This document shows positions 39,919-50,803 of a DNA stretch of 64,000 nucleotides, in pieces. The notes beneath the pieces were generated by a model. That model was not told where the DNA came from. It searched no databases and saw only the letters and a program-made list of their open reading frames with translations. Made by a program: the position numbers and the translations under genes. Numbering within the stretch: the first letter of the stretch is position 1; each line of letters begins with the position of its first letter. Source of the DNA: Nitrososphaeria archaeon (GTDB taxonomy: Archaea; Thermoproteota; Nitrososphaeria; JACIWG01); contig CAVVXT010000012.1 in NCBI GenBank assembly GCA_963752255.1, forward strand, positions 32,001 through 96,000, written 5' to 3'.

Positions 39919-40626
39919 ATGAATATGGATATAATAGAAAACTTTAATGAAGCAGGAAGGTTCACAGCAAAATTATTGAATAACATTGGCAACCTTATTA
40001 TATTGTTAGTACTGGCCATTATCCCGATCGTTGACTTTATCTTTCTTGGCTACTTAGTAAAGGTTATCAGGGAAGGAAAGGGTCTGGCTGAACCGCCTAA
40101 AATATCCGATTACGGGAAACTTTTTGTCGACGGATTAAAAATAATCATCGCAGTAATTGTTTACGCGATTATACCAGCGATCATCTTAGGAGTACTGGCG
40201 TTGCCCTTTATACCTACTTTCACTCTCGGCTTCTTAGTCTCCCCCCTGGCTTTTATAGGATCGATCTTTGCTTACGTAGTGATAGCGCTTGTAATATTCT
40301 TCGTCTTCTCGATATTTGGAGTAGCGGCGATAGGTAACATGATTCGCAACAACAGATTCATGAAAATATTTGCTTTCGGAGAAGCCTGGAAGATAATATC
40401 TAAGACAGGGTTCGGAAAATACCTCGCATGGCTGGTTCTTGTCTTTGTCTTAGGACTAATAGGTTCAGGTTTCGGAGCCGTGAATTGGATTTTAGGAGCT
40501 ATAGTCTCAGTCTTCATAGGAATCCTTGTAGCAAGGTCGTTTTCGACATTGCTCGATGAGGCGCTTGGACAACCCACACAGCCTCCAGCTGTTACGGTTA
40601 TTCCTCCAGCTCCTTCGTCTCCTTGA
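39919..40626 (+). CDS. DUF4013-type membrane protein
   Basis: IIPIVDFIFLGY...P...YGKLFVDGLK signature and a Pro-rich tail. Confidence 0.8.
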   Translation: MNMDIIENFNEAGRFTAKLLNNIGNLIILLVLAIIPIVDFIFLGYLVKVIREGKGLAEPPKISDYGKLFVDGLKIIIAVIVYAIIPAIILGVLALPFIPTFTLGFLVSPLAFIGSIFAYVVIALVIFFVFSIFGVAAIGNMIRNNRFMKIFAFGEAWKIISKTGFGKYLAWLVLVFVLGLIGSGFGAVNWILGAIVSVFIGILVARSFSTLLDEALGQPTQPPAVTVIPPAPSSP

Positions 40627-40797
40627 GTAGAAGAACTATAACAATTGGAAACCATCTCATAATTTACCGCTTACGTTCAACGATATCAAAATTAATTGCA
40701 ATGATATGCCCTTTAATGAAATTAATTAAGTGTTCCTACCGCACTTCGTAACACTTAATTACGTCGCTGACGGCAATTTTTTGAATGTGATATCGCC

Positions 40798-41661
40798 GTG
40801 AAATTAATCGACGTCCTATCCCTTTCCTCTGTAGTCCTCCTCTGGGGCTCGACCTTCACGATAATCAAGCTCGGGGTGTTGGAGGTTCCTCCAATCACTT
40901 TAGCCTTTATACGGTTCCTGATAGCACTCCCCTTCCTCTTTGCTTTAACATTCCTACAGAATAGGAATGCATTTGGAAAATATGTCCTCGAAAATTGGAG
41001 AGCCTTTGTCCTCCTCGGTTTGACCGGCGTAACGTTACAGAACCTGCTCCAGAATGTTGGGATACAGTATACAACGGCCTCAAATGCTAGCCTGATAATC
41101 GCGATAAATCCGGTTTTCATTTCATTGCTTAGCCATTTCTACTTAAAGGAAAAAGCGAGCTCAAAGCTAATTCTGGGTGCCGCACTCGCCTTTTTTGGCG
41201 TACTCTTTGTCATCGAACCCCAGGAATGGTCACTTTACCCGACGAAGGTGTTCGGAGACCTTTTATGTCTAGGCTCCGCAATCTCCTGGGCCCTCTACTC
41301 GGTGCTCGGTAGAAAAACGCTATCAAAATGTGGAGCGAACGAGATGACTACATATTCTATGGCGTTCGGTACACTGTTCCTGCTTCCTGCTGCTATTTTC
41401 TTAGAAAAACCTGCTGTTCAGACATCAATACCAGTTGTGTCTATGATACTCTATCTTGGTCTGCTCTGTTCAGCTTTGGCCTTCCTTCTCTGGAACCGTG
41501 CTCTAAAAGATGTTCCAGCGACTAAAGCAGGTGCTTTCCTGTTCTTTATACCTGTAGTTTCAGTTGTAATCGCACATTTTGTCCTATTTGAACCTTCTGA
41601 TATCTTTTTCATCATAGGCACCCTTCTTGTGATGGCTGGTGTTGCAGTAACAGAATTATAG
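40798..41661 (+). CDS. EamA/DMT family transporter
   Basis: LWGSTF, RFLIA, ASNAS, LKEK, WALYSV; about 10 TMs. Confidence 0.92.
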   Translation: MKLIDVLSLSSVVLLWGSTFTIIKLGVLEVPPITLAFIRFLIALPFLFALTFLQNRNAFGKYVLENWRAFVLLGLTGVTLQNLLQNVGIQYTTASNASLIIAINPVFISLLSHFYLKEKASSKLILGAALAFFGVLFVIEPQEWSLYPTKVFGDLLCLGSAISWALYSVLGRKTLSKCGANEMTTYSMAFGTLFLLPAAIFLEKPAVQTSIPVVSMILYLGLLCSALAFLLWNRALKDVPATKAGAFLFFIPVVSVVIAHFVLFEPSDIFFIIGTLLVMAGVAVTEL

Positions 41662-41808
41662 AAAAATGATCACTACGATAATAAGACCACCTTTTTCTCA
41701 GAACCTTTAACGTTTATTTTAAAATAAACTGGAATATTTTCCTATAATTTTTAAGGTTATTGTCAAAAAATAGGGGAGGCTAAGTGGTTTTTTAAACCGT
41801 TTGCCTTT

Positions 41809-41904
41809 TTAGGCAAGGAAGAACATTCTCCTTTTTTTCTTAGCCTTATCTAAAGGCATTAAGCCTTGTTCTTCCTCTATCTTGTCTATGTCTTTCCATG
41901 GCAT
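41809..41904 (-). CDS. Candidate 31-aa small protein MPWKDIDKIEEEQGLMPLDKAKKKRRMFFLA
   Basis: Below the ORF-track cutoff. TTTATATA box lies about 22-30 nt upstream of the ATG (leaderless geometry), with a T-tract about 40 nt downstream. Confidence 0.45.
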   Translation of the reverse strand: MPWKDIDKIEEEQGLMPLDKAKKKRRMFFLA

Positions 41905-42544
41905 GACTAGGGCCACTTTACAATGCTATATAAATCTTTAATAATATAACAAAAATTTAATGGATAGCAGAAAATATTATATTTTAGACGCTAAAAGGAG
42001 TGGCTATGCTAGTTTATATATAGTCCGCTCTAATCTTGGTCACTAATTAATTAGTTTATTTTATTATAGTTCTCTTTTTCATAGATTACAATGTAGTGTT
42101 ACAAAGCGCTCATTTTAGTCTGAACGTGCAAATAGAATTGTAAGTCTTCTAAAAAGTCAGACTGACACTGGAATAACAGCGATGTCAGGTTGATTAGGAT
42201 ATGCATCTGTCTAAGCTTTCTATCTTAAAGGTAAAACGTATATACTACAAAAAAGCCCTTCCCTAAAAATGGTCTGTGTGCATATTAATGGGTGCCCCTT
42301 TTTAAAGAGCACCTTATTATTTCGGTCGATGCACACGGACCTATATTATTACATATAATATATTAAGAATATCTGTTCCAATGTTTAAAGTTTTTAACTA
42401 ACTATGGACTGAAGTTATTCTGCTTGAACAGTTCAACTTATGCAAGAACGACATCATCAAAAATGGTGTATCTGTAGATGAACGTTCTCGTAATTCGTGC
42501 TAACAAGCATCAAAGATTATAACCTACTAAGGGTGTCATTTATC

Positions 42545-43220
42545 ATGGAATCTAAACTGTTGCGGAAACTTGTAAGCAAAACAATGACAAAAGAAGAACT
42601 TCTTCAAAAGGTTGAACAAGATTCCAGTATACTTCCAGAAGTGCTCAAAGGACTCTCCTCATCAAAAGCCGCGATTAGGTACGGTTGTGCCAAGGCACTA
42701 ATGGACTTGAGTGAAGAGAATCCAGAAAAAATGTATCCGTACATGGATTCCTTCATAAATCTTTTGGAAAGCAAGTACAGGATCCTTACCTGGAACGCCA
42801 TGGCCATAATAGCAAACCTAGTCTAGGGTTGATAAGGACAAGAAGTTTGATGCCGTATTCGACAAATACTTTAATTTTTTGAACAATGAATATATGGTTA
42901 CAGTAGCAAATGTCGTCAGCTGCTCCAGCAAGATCGCATTAGCAAAACCATACCTTATACAAAAGATTACAGACAAGCTTCTGGAAGTCGAAAGCGTACC
43001 TACATCTCCTCACCTGACAGAGGAATGTAAGAGAGTCATAGTCGAAAAAACCGTCGAATTCCTTGATCTTTTCTTTGACCAAATCAAAGATAGAGATAAA
43101 GTAATTTCGTTCACAATAAGATATCTCGACAGCCCCAGGAGAACACTGAGAAAAAAGGTGGAGGATTTTATTAGGAGAAGGGGGTCAGTAGAAGATTTTT
43201 CCAAATTGTCTAATAAATAG
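42545..43220 (+). CDS. HEAT/ARM-like helical repeat protein, frameshift near 42822
   Basis: IRYGCAKAL and ILTWNAMAIIANL, then a shift into RVDKDKKFD...YMVTVANVV. Confidence 0.75.
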
Positions 43221-43384
43221 ACTTAAGTTACGAAACTCCCCATTTTCTTGTAGGCTATAAAGGAAACTACTAGGGCCACTGTGCCCACCATTCTGGAAGT
43301 CTGGAATAACAGATGCGGGAGCCCATGTACTTTATACCCTTCAAAGCCATCGTAGTAGCGGCCATGCAATACTACATATGAAAT

Positions 43385-43843
43385 TCAGAAATGAATGAGG
43401 AACTTCTTGAGTTCGGCATGTCCTTCTATCAATTGAACTGTCCTTTTAGTGGCCACATTGATTTCGTGCTCTAATACTCTAGATATCAATAGCGCGGCTA
43501 TAAAGGATATAATGGAAACAAACACGCCCTGGACGACATTTATGGTACCTAGATACCATATCAAGCTCAGCGTAACTAAAGCGCCAACAACGCTCATAAT
43601 CGAAGCCCTCACTATAAAATATAGTCTTTGGGTCCAGCTTAAAGACAAGAAAATCCTCATCAACTCTTTCTTCCCTTCTTCCGTCATCTGTTCCGAATCA
43701 CTTATGTTCGGTACCATTTTGGTTTGTACACAGGAAACAACTTCTGCTGAAAAAACTTTTTGTATCTCATCCAGTACACCGTTAGCAAATTCAACATCGA
43801 AACTAGTTTGGGGCTCAGATTCCATTTTTTTTCTCCGATGCAA
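43385..43843 (-). CDS. Hypothetical 2-TM membrane protein
   Basis: 152-aa ORF with two hydrophobic segments. Confidence 0.6.
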   Translation of the reverse strand: MHRRKKMESEPQTSFDVEFANGVLDEIQKVFSAEVVSCVQTKMVPNISDSEQMTEEGKKELMRIFLSLSWTQRLYFIVRASIMSVVGALVTLSLIWYLGTINVVQGVFVSIISFIAALLISRVLEHEINVATKRTVQLIEGHAELKKFLIHF

Positions 43844-44133
43844 ATATCCCCATATGTCCTCTTTTATAAATTTCTCTTGTCATCCTAGCATTCGATCGGA
43901 AATATAGAATGTCTTTAGACGCCATTGTCAAATTAACTTTCACAATTTTCCTTTTAACAACATTCCTATCCAATATATTATTTGGGAACTATCCCAATGC
44001 GTTAAAGCTAAGTATTAACGCTAGAAAATCTGAGCTAGTTTTCCCATAAAAAATGATTTCAGTTGAAATTTTTAGAAGCATATTATAAAAGCTGAGACCT
44101 CATTGAGAAAAAGAAATCTTGGAAATTAAATTT

Positions 44134-44591
44134 CTATTTAAGTACAAGAACCGAGCAGGGCGCGTTCTTCGTAACCTTTTCGGCAACATTGCCCAATGAC
44201 AACATTGTAGAATGTGTGCCGCGGTAGCCTATGACTATAAGATCGTATCCCTTTTCGGCTTCTTTCACGATTTCGCTCGCGGGGTCTCCGAAGACTATGG
44301 CGTAGTCGATCTTTTTAGCTAATTTTTCGACATCTTCCCTTGTCTGCGATAGAACGTCCAGGGCTTCCTTTGTCATAAGGTCGCGCATGCTTTCTGGGAT
44401 AGGTAGAATCGTGCCTTGAAGTTCACTGCTGTGTGTGGCGGCTGATGAAGAAATCATCGGCCCTACTACGGACTGACCGGCGACGTAGAATACGGTAATG
44501 TAGCTTTCGAAGAGGCCTGCAAGCTTTATGGCTGAGATAAACACTTTTTGCTCTCCTCTGAACCGTCGAATGCGACAAGTATCTTTTCCAT
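44134..44591 (-). CDS. Universal stress protein, homopolymer frameshift near 44548
   Basis: Upstream frame MEKILVAFDGSEES, then GDPASEIV, DLIVIGYRG, LGNVAEKV, PCSVLV. Confidence 0.92.
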
Positions 44592-44636
44592 ATACTTCAA
44601 CCTGAGTTGTTTACCTCTGCTAAATAAGAACTTTAC

Positions 44637-45917
44637 CTATTCCGTGCTTTGATCCCTCGCCCTTCTTGGCAGGCTCGAACGCAATTCTTCGATCAGCGCC
44701 TTTCTTAGCGTTGTTTCAGATTTCTTTGTTTCTATAAGCTTCTGATGCATTACAGCTATTGCGAGTCTCCCAAACACCGATATCATGTAAACATACTGCA
44801 GCGCTAGAACTAGACCAAAGTATGGTTCACCCAAAGCGATGAGCACACCTCCTGCGATTGAACCGACAAAGTATGACATACCAGTTGCTAAATTATACAA
44901 AGAAATGCAGACACCCCTCTGGCCCCCCGGCGTTGAATCGAACAGGTACGCTAGAACACCTGTATCGTTCAAAGCCGAAAAGACTCCTCCGATAAGGTTT
45001 GCGATATATAGTAACATCATATTGGGAGAAAACGCGTACATAAGAGGTAAGACAAGAAGCCCAGCTCTCGCAAAGACGAGAACAGGCACCCTACCTGCTC
45101 GATCGAACAGATGCCTGAAGACGTTCTGGGCTACGATATACGATACCATGGCTGATATCTGTATTAAGCCGAATTCGAGAACACCCGCATTATGGACTTC
45201 AGCAAGAGTCAGCCCGACCAGAGGCCACATCAAGGACATGAAGAAACCGTAAAGAGAGCTCATGAGAACAAATTGGGTGAAAAGAGGATTTGTTTTAGTA
45301 ATCTTGATAAGGTCGCTGAAGAGCTGCGTTGACTCCTTTAAGGGTTTTGTCTTAGGCTCCTTTATAAAATGGATTGAAATAGTCTGGAAGACTCCGAAGG
45401 CGATCGAAGCCAGGAACATGAACTGGAATCCAGACCTGCTTATCCCAAAGATAAAATATACGGCGACAGAAGTGAATAGTGTGGCAATGAGGCTGCCGAA
45501 ACCGTTTAGCAGGTTCAACTTCGCCATGATTCCAGCCCTGTTCTCCATCGTCGTCGCGTCCCCGATAAGCGAGAGGAAAGCCGGGGTCATCATCGCACTC
45601 GCAGCGGACTGTATCGATAACAGTAACACAAATTCCTTGGGTGTCTGCGCTAATAGAATAGGGACGAAGATTACGAAGTAGACCATACTAGCAATGTAAA
45701 GGATCAGCTTCTTTTTCCCAAGCCTGTCCGTTAACCTGCCGAAAGGCAGTTGGAACACGTTTGGAACAACGTTCACTGCAGCCTGTAGGAGACCTAAATC
45801 AATAGAATTAGCACCCAAGTCTATCGCAAAAAGCGTCAGGAAAGGCCCTGAAAGTCCCACTGCTAGAGCCAAAAGTGTTGCTCTTACAAACAGTGGACGA
45901 TAGAATGAGGTGCTCAT
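44637..45917 (-). CDS. MFS transporter
   Basis: GRLTDRLGKK and DRAGRV motif A; 12 TMs. Confidence 0.92.
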   Translation of the reverse strand: MSTSFYRPLFVRATLLALAVGLSGPFLTLFAIDLGANSIDLGLLQAAVNVVPNVFQLPFGRLTDRLGKKKLILYIASMVYFVIFVPILLAQTPKEFVLLLSIQSAASAMMTPAFLSLIGDATTMENRAGIMAKLNLLNGFGSLIATLFTSVAVYFIFGISRSGFQFMFLASIAFGVFQTISIHFIKEPKTKPLKESTQLFSDLIKITKTNPLFTQFVLMSSLYGFFMSLMWPLVGLTLAEVHNAGVLEFGLIQISAMVSYIVAQNVFRHLFDRAGRVPVLVFARAGLLVLPLMYAFSPNMMLLYIANLIGGVFSALNDTGVLAYLFDSTPGGQRGVCISLYNLATGMSYFVGSIAGGVLIALGEPYFGLVLALQYVYMISVFGRLAIAVMHQKLIETKKSETTLRKALIEELRSSLPRRARDQSTE

Positions 45918-45952
45918 TAAGAATCAAAGCTCAATTTTGCTTCCTTTTTAAC

Positions 45953-46363
45953 TTATTTTCTAATATCTAAGACGTGAGATTTGAGCACAAGACACACGAA
46001 TTTTCCTTCTAAAACCTTTTTTTCTTCAACAAATACTTCAACCCTGATATAGTACCTGTTATTCTGATGTTTATATAAGCGGGCTTTCGCTATCAGAGTG
46101 TCGCCGACTTTCACAGGAGAAGTAAATTTAACTAACGCTTTTAAGAGGACAACGTTCGGATGGTTTACCGCGGTCATAGCCGCGTAATCGGCGACCGAAA
46201 ATGTGAAGCCACCATGGACCAACCCTTTTTCATCCACCTTCATAAAATCCTCTGTCTTGAGGGAAACAATAGAACGCTTCCCAGGAATCAGGTCAAGACA
46301 CCTGCCAGAAAAGCGTTCATCGATATTTTTATGCGTTCTCAGCATAAATGTGTCACTCAACAC
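45953..46363 (-). CDS. PaaI/hotdog-fold thioesterase
   Basis: GLVHGGFTFSVADYA, KFTSPVKVGD. Confidence 0.88.
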   Translation of the reverse strand: MLSDTFMLRTHKNIDERFSGRCLDLIPGKRSIVSLKTEDFMKVDEKGLVHGGFTFSVADYAAMTAVNHPNVVLLKALVKFTSPVKVGDTLIAKARLYKHQNNRYYIRVEVFVEEKKVLEGKFVCLVLKSHVLDIRK

Positions 46364-46475
46364 TTTCTCTTAACTGGTTATAAAAAAGTTTATGACCATT
46401 TACATTCAAAAGGGAAAAAAAGAAAGGGAGAGGAATAAATCCAAAGTTTTAATATATTGGGATCAGGAATATGCT

Positions 46476-47378
46476 TTAGTCTATTCCTAGAAGCTTTGCA
46501 GGTTTGTCCTTAACCATCTTTTCAACTTCTGACAGGGTAAAACCATTATCCAACATCATGTGAATATATTGACGCATCCCTTCTATGGGATGAGGATTTC
46601 TTATCTGACCAAAATCGGTTGCCATTACACACTTGTCTGTCCCAACCTTCCTTATTGATTCCACTAGGTGCTGTACGGTGAACGACCTTTCCGGCTTATC
46701 CAAGCAACCAAAGACGTCATGTTCCATGATAGCGCCCATTTCTGCCATCCTAACCTGATCAGATATCTGCCAGGGTGTGATGTAAAAGCCGGGATGTGTG
46801 ACGAGTATCTTCTTGACCCCACATTTCCTTGCCGATTTTATTAGAGCGAAGACTTCTTCCTTTGAAATGTGGCCTGATCCGAGAATCAAGTCGTTTGCCG
46901 CAACAAGATCAAGTATCTCGTAGACTTCCTGTTTGACTTCACCGTCTTCTTGCAGGATATTTATTCCCTCTATAGGTCCCAGGTCGGAATTGGGGACAAA
47001 CCTTGAAGCATCGTACGAGGTTGGTCCTGCAACTTTGATATGATTCTGTGAATGGAAGGTGGGCATCCAAACTTCCCTTGCACCAAACCCTATCGCGGCC
47101 CTTACAGCCTTAGGGTTCAGTCCACCCACTGTATGATTTAGTACGATACCGCCGAAGAACTTGACGCATGAAACTTCAGCTCCTACGATCTGCGCTCTAT
47201 CCGCGTTGATCACAAAATGATTTTTCGACAATACAGCCCTGTACCCTACATCCACGGCACTTTTGGCGAATTCGATTTCGTTTAAGGATCTCAGAAATAG
47301 GTCGGGTGCAAGGTGGACATGCATTTCGCAGACGTTTTCAAGGAGAAGTCTGTCTTCCCTTGACACTTCAATGGTCAT
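46476..47378 (-). CDS. Amidohydrolase-fold metalloprotein (DUF6282-like)
   Basis: MHVHLAPD, KNH, VWMPT, SGH, THP, TDFGQ. Confidence 0.8.
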   Translation of the reverse strand: MTIEVSREDRLLLENVCEMHVHLAPDLFLRSLNEIEFAKSAVDVGYRAVLSKNHFVINADRAQIVGAEVSCVKFFGGIVLNHTVGGLNPKAVRAAIGFGAREVWMPTFHSQNHIKVAGPTSYDASRFVPNSDLGPIEGINILQEDGEVKQEVYEILDLVAANDLILGSGHISKEEVFALIKSARKCGVKKILVTHPGFYITPWQISDQVRMAEMGAIMEHDVFGCLDKPERSFTVQHLVESIRKVGTDKCVMATDFGQIRNPHPIEGMRQYIHMMLDNGFTLSEVEKMVKDKPAKLLGID

Positions 47379-47435
47379 AGTAATACGAACGTCTTGCTCT
47401 CTGTCAATTATTTATACTTTATAAACAAAAAAAGC

Positions 47436-48821
47436 TTACTTGACTTTTTCGATGAATTCGTTGTGCAATGCCCTAACAGCTTTTGTACCATCTTCTTCTT
47501 TAACAACAAAGCTTATGTTAAGCTCACTCGACCCCTGAGCTATCATCCTAACGTTCACCCCCGCGTCGGCTACGGCTCTGAACATTCTAGCCGCAACACC
47601 TGGGGTGCCTTTCATGCCCTCCCCGACGGTTGCTACAACCGAAATGTCGGGTTCAACTTCCATTCTTTTAGCATTTTTACCAATTTCCGAATCGAGTACT
47701 TCGCGCGCACGTTCCAGGTACTGCTTCTTCATGACGACGCTGATGTTGGATTCAGAAACGCTCTGCGAAATCATCATAATGTTTATTTTGGCATCTGCAA
47801 GTAGATCAAAGAATTTTGCAGCTGTCCCCGCTTCTCCCACCATTGAGGCGCCTCTAACTGTCACCATTCCCGTATCTTTTATCAGAGAAATAACTTTGAC
47901 GACAGAAAAGTTCGGTTTCGAAACCCTAGCCACAATCAATGTTCCATTATGGGTCGGATTGAATGTATTCTTCAGCCTGACAGGTATCTTCTTTTCTATT
48001 GCAGGTTCTAACGCTCTAGGATGCAGTGACCTTGCACCTATTACGGCCATCTCTAGAGCTTCATCATAGGTTATTTCTGGAAGCGTTTTGGCTTCGGGTA
48101 CGATCTTTGGATCCGCTGTCATTATGCCGTTGACATCACTCCATATCAAAACTTCATCAGCTCCTATCGCACTGGCTATAATCGTCGCAGTATAGTCACT
48201 GCCACCTCTGCCGAATGTTGTAACTATCCCTTCCTTTGTAGCGCCCGCAAATCCGCCGACAACGGGAATAGATCCCTCATTTAGAAGAGGTTCCAGATTA
48301 GCCCTAATATTCTCGCTTGTTGCTTCCATTATTGGTGTCGCCTCCCCAAAACGATTGTTTGTAACAATACCTGCTTCCCCACCTGTAAAGGATTTAGATT
48401 TGTAACCTGTACTTAGTAGCGTCCCAGAAGCTATATCAGACGAATACCGTTCACCAAAACTTATAACGTAATCAACGCTCCTTGGTGTTGCCTCCTTCAG
48501 GTATAGGATTCCGTATAGAACATGCTCAAGTTCATAGTCCGCCTGGGACAAGCGTTCCTCAAGCCTATGAGGTATTTGGCCGACAGAATTCTTTGCAACC
48601 GTTCTTTGGGTTTCTTTCAGATTGTTTAAAAATGCGTTCACCCATTTTTGGTCACCCGACTCAGCTCTCCTCGTTGCTTCAAGCAGGTCATCGGTTACGC
48701 CTTTTAGCGCGGAGACAACTATGATAACGCTGTCATTCTTAAAGTTTGATAGCAGCTCGGATATTTTTTTATATCCTACATTCTTAACCGATGTACCGCC
48801 AAACTTCATTACATATTTCAT
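47436..48821 (-). CDS. lysC: Aspartate kinase
   Basis: KFGGTSV, GRGGSDYTA, SDVNGIMTADP and two ACT domains. Confidence 0.96.
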   Translation of the reverse strand: MKYVMKFGGTSVKNVGYKKISELLSNFKNDSVIIVVSALKGVTDDLLEATRRAESGDQKWVNAFLNNLKETQRTVAKNSVGQIPHRLEERLSQADYELEHVLYGILYLKEATPRSVDYVISFGERYSSDIASGTLLSTGYKSKSFTGGEAGIVTNNRFGEATPIMEATSENIRANLEPLLNEGSIPVVGGFAGATKEGIVTTFGRGGSDYTATIIASAIGADEVLIWSDVNGIMTADPKIVPEAKTLPEITYDEALEMAVIGARSLHPRALEPAIEKKIPVRLKNTFNPTHNGTLIVARVSKPNFSVVKVISLIKDTGMVTVRGASMVGEAGTAAKFFDLLADAKINIMMISQSVSESNISVVMKKQYLERAREVLDSEIGKNAKRMEVEPDISVVATVGEGMKGTPGVAARMFRAVADAGVNVRMIAQGSSELNISFVVKEEDGTKAVRALHNEFIEKVK

Positions 48822-48825
48822 TAAA

Positions 48826-49881
48826 CTATCTCTCCAAGTAGCCCAATCTATTGAGAAGCTCGGCTGTCAGTATCGCGTTACCCGCCGCCCCTCTTATTGT
48901 GTTGTGACTCAAAAGAGTATATTGTAGTGATCTTGAATCAAGGCCCTTCCTTACCCTTCCGATCACTACACTCATTCCTGGAACGGTTCCAGCATACCTA
49001 TCGCGCCTAACCTGAGGCCTATCTTTTCCCTCCTTAACGATTAGAGGATGCTCAGGAGCCGAAGGCAGCTTAAAATCCTGTGGCAAGCCTTTGAAAGAGG
49101 ACATCATATTTTTCGCTTCCTCGACATCGATTTCTCCTTCTGTCTCTATGTACACGGATTCCGTGTGACCGTCGATCACGGAAACTCTATTGCAGGAGGC
49201 GGCGAGCAGCATAGGATTCTCAATTACAAAATTATCTCGAATGCTTCCAAGTATCTTCTTTGTTTCGTTGACAAGTTTTTCCTCTTCATCCTTGATGTAA
49301 GGTATGATATTGTCGATTATCTGGAGGCTGGAAACACCTGGAAATCCTGCACCGCTGACAGCCTGCATCGTAGTAACTATCACCCTCTTAACCTTAAACC
49401 TGTCATCTAAAGGTTTCAGAGACATTACAAGGCCGGTTGTAGTGCAGTTCGGTTTTGTTACAATGAAACCCTTCCAACCTCTTTCCATCCTTTGCCTTTT
49501 GATAAGCTCTAGATGGCCGCTGTTGATTTCGGGCACTAACACCGGCACATCTTTTTCCATTCTATAGGCGCTAGTGTTGCTGACGATTGGATACGTCTTC
49601 GCATAGGCTCCTTCCTGCTCTTTAGCCGCATCTGAAGGAAGACAGCTGAAAATGAGCCCTACGAAATTCTGGGGAACTGATTCCTCGACCTGCATCCTTT
49701 GAATACGCTCTGGTGGATCATTTTCACCAATCCATTCAGCTGCTGCACCATAGAGTTTTCCAGCAGACTTCTTCCCTACCAGAAGTGAAACTTCAAACCA
49801 TGGATGTGACTCTAGCAGGCGTATGTACTGTTGACCGACCATACCGGTCGCGCCCAATACAGCAACACTGATCTTTGCCAC
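48826..49881 (-). CDS. asd: Aspartate-semialdehyde dehydrogenase
   Basis: GATGMVGQ, PNCTT, QAVSGAG, HNTIRGAAG. Confidence 0.96.
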   Translation of the reverse strand: MAKISVAVLGATGMVGQQYIRLLESHPWFEVSLLVGKKSAGKLYGAAAEWIGENDPPERIQRMQVEESVPQNFVGLIFSCLPSDAAKEQEGAYAKTYPIVSNTSAYRMEKDVPVLVPEINSGHLELIKRQRMERGWKGFIVTKPNCTTTGLVMSLKPLDDRFKVKRVIVTTMQAVSGAGFPGVSSLQIIDNIIPYIKDEEEKLVNETKKILGSIRDNFVIENPMLLAASCNRVSVIDGHTESVYIETEGEIDVEEAKNMMSSFKGLPQDFKLPSAPEHPLIVKEGKDRPQVRRDRYAGTVPGMSVVIGRVRKGLDSRSLQYTLLSHNTIRGAAGNAILTAELLNRLGYLER

Positions 49882-49996
49882 TTTCTTTACACTTATTTAC
49901 CTAAGATTAAATTCGACAACCTTTAATATACTTTACTTCAAAAATCAAGTATTCAACTTTTTCCTATGTCTAATATGTGATGAGATGAGCATTAGA

Positions 49997-50441
49997 CTAT
50001 GGTGGTATTGTTGTATTGTTGGCCGCTTTCCAGGCCGTGAGACCTCCGAGCATGTTATATACGTGACGGAAAACGTTGTTAGCTAGTATAGTTGAAGCTT
50101 GGGCACTCCTCAGTTCCCGTACCACAGTAGACCAAGATATATGATTGAGGATCTAATTTACTAATATTCCCTTGTAGAGTGTTAACGGGGATACATATGG
50201 CTCCTTCGATGTGTCCGCTGTTAAACTCATCAAGGGTTCTAACGTCTAGAATAACTAAACCTGTTGTATTTCTTATCAATTCTTTAGCCTGTTCAACTGT
50301 AACATCCTGATAAACAATTTTGCTTGACTGGACACTTGGCAGCCATACATATAAGTAATAGGTTGCCAACGCAAAAACTAAGGCTACGATAACTATGATA
50401 GCTACAATACGCTTTTGATTTATTGAGAGCCCTCCCTTCAC
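49997..50441 (-). CDS. Membrane-anchored rhodanese-domain protein, frameshift near 50112
   Basis: N-terminal TM, LDVRT..EF..GHIEGA and YCGTG. The shifted frame continues RSAQAS...VYNMLGGLTAW. Confidence 0.88.
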
Positions 50442-50803
50442 GCTCTATATCCTCTTAGTCCTGTTAAAAGTTCTTTGCTATAAACATTAGTTTATATCCA
50501 AACTTTCTAGCGAGAAATGCTTTTTATAAGACAACTGGAGCCGAAGTCTAGAAAGACTCCTATACTTTTTAATTCGAAGTATATCTTGTTTCCACCGATC
50601 GTGTTCGAGCCACCGTAGACAGTAATTGAAGTCAAAAGCACACACCTAATATTATGTGATGATGATGGAATAGGTTAAAGGGAAAATAAATGATTCTTCA
50701 TAATTAAAACAATGTATCTGATTGCACGATTTGGTAACTATATCAATGGCGTGTTAGGTTCTCGACATGTTTAAATATCTATCAACTGTTCCCTAAATCG
50801 GAT

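Noticed and set aside
42160-42315. Small hairpins (CTGACA/TGTCAG and GGTGC/GCACC) as SECIS or riboswitch
   Set aside because: No archaeal SECIS consensus, no in-frame UGA selenoprotein nearby, and the stems are short enough to be chance.
807-42826. TAG stops inside genes (807, 31001, 42824) as pyrrolysine or amber readthrough
   Set aside because: The downstream coding sequence continues in a different frame, so readthrough would not restore the proteins. No pyl genes are seen.
50650-50725. GTGATGA...CTGA as a C/D sRNA
   Set aside because: The internal D'/C' boxes and spacing do not fit, and the region is very AT-rich.
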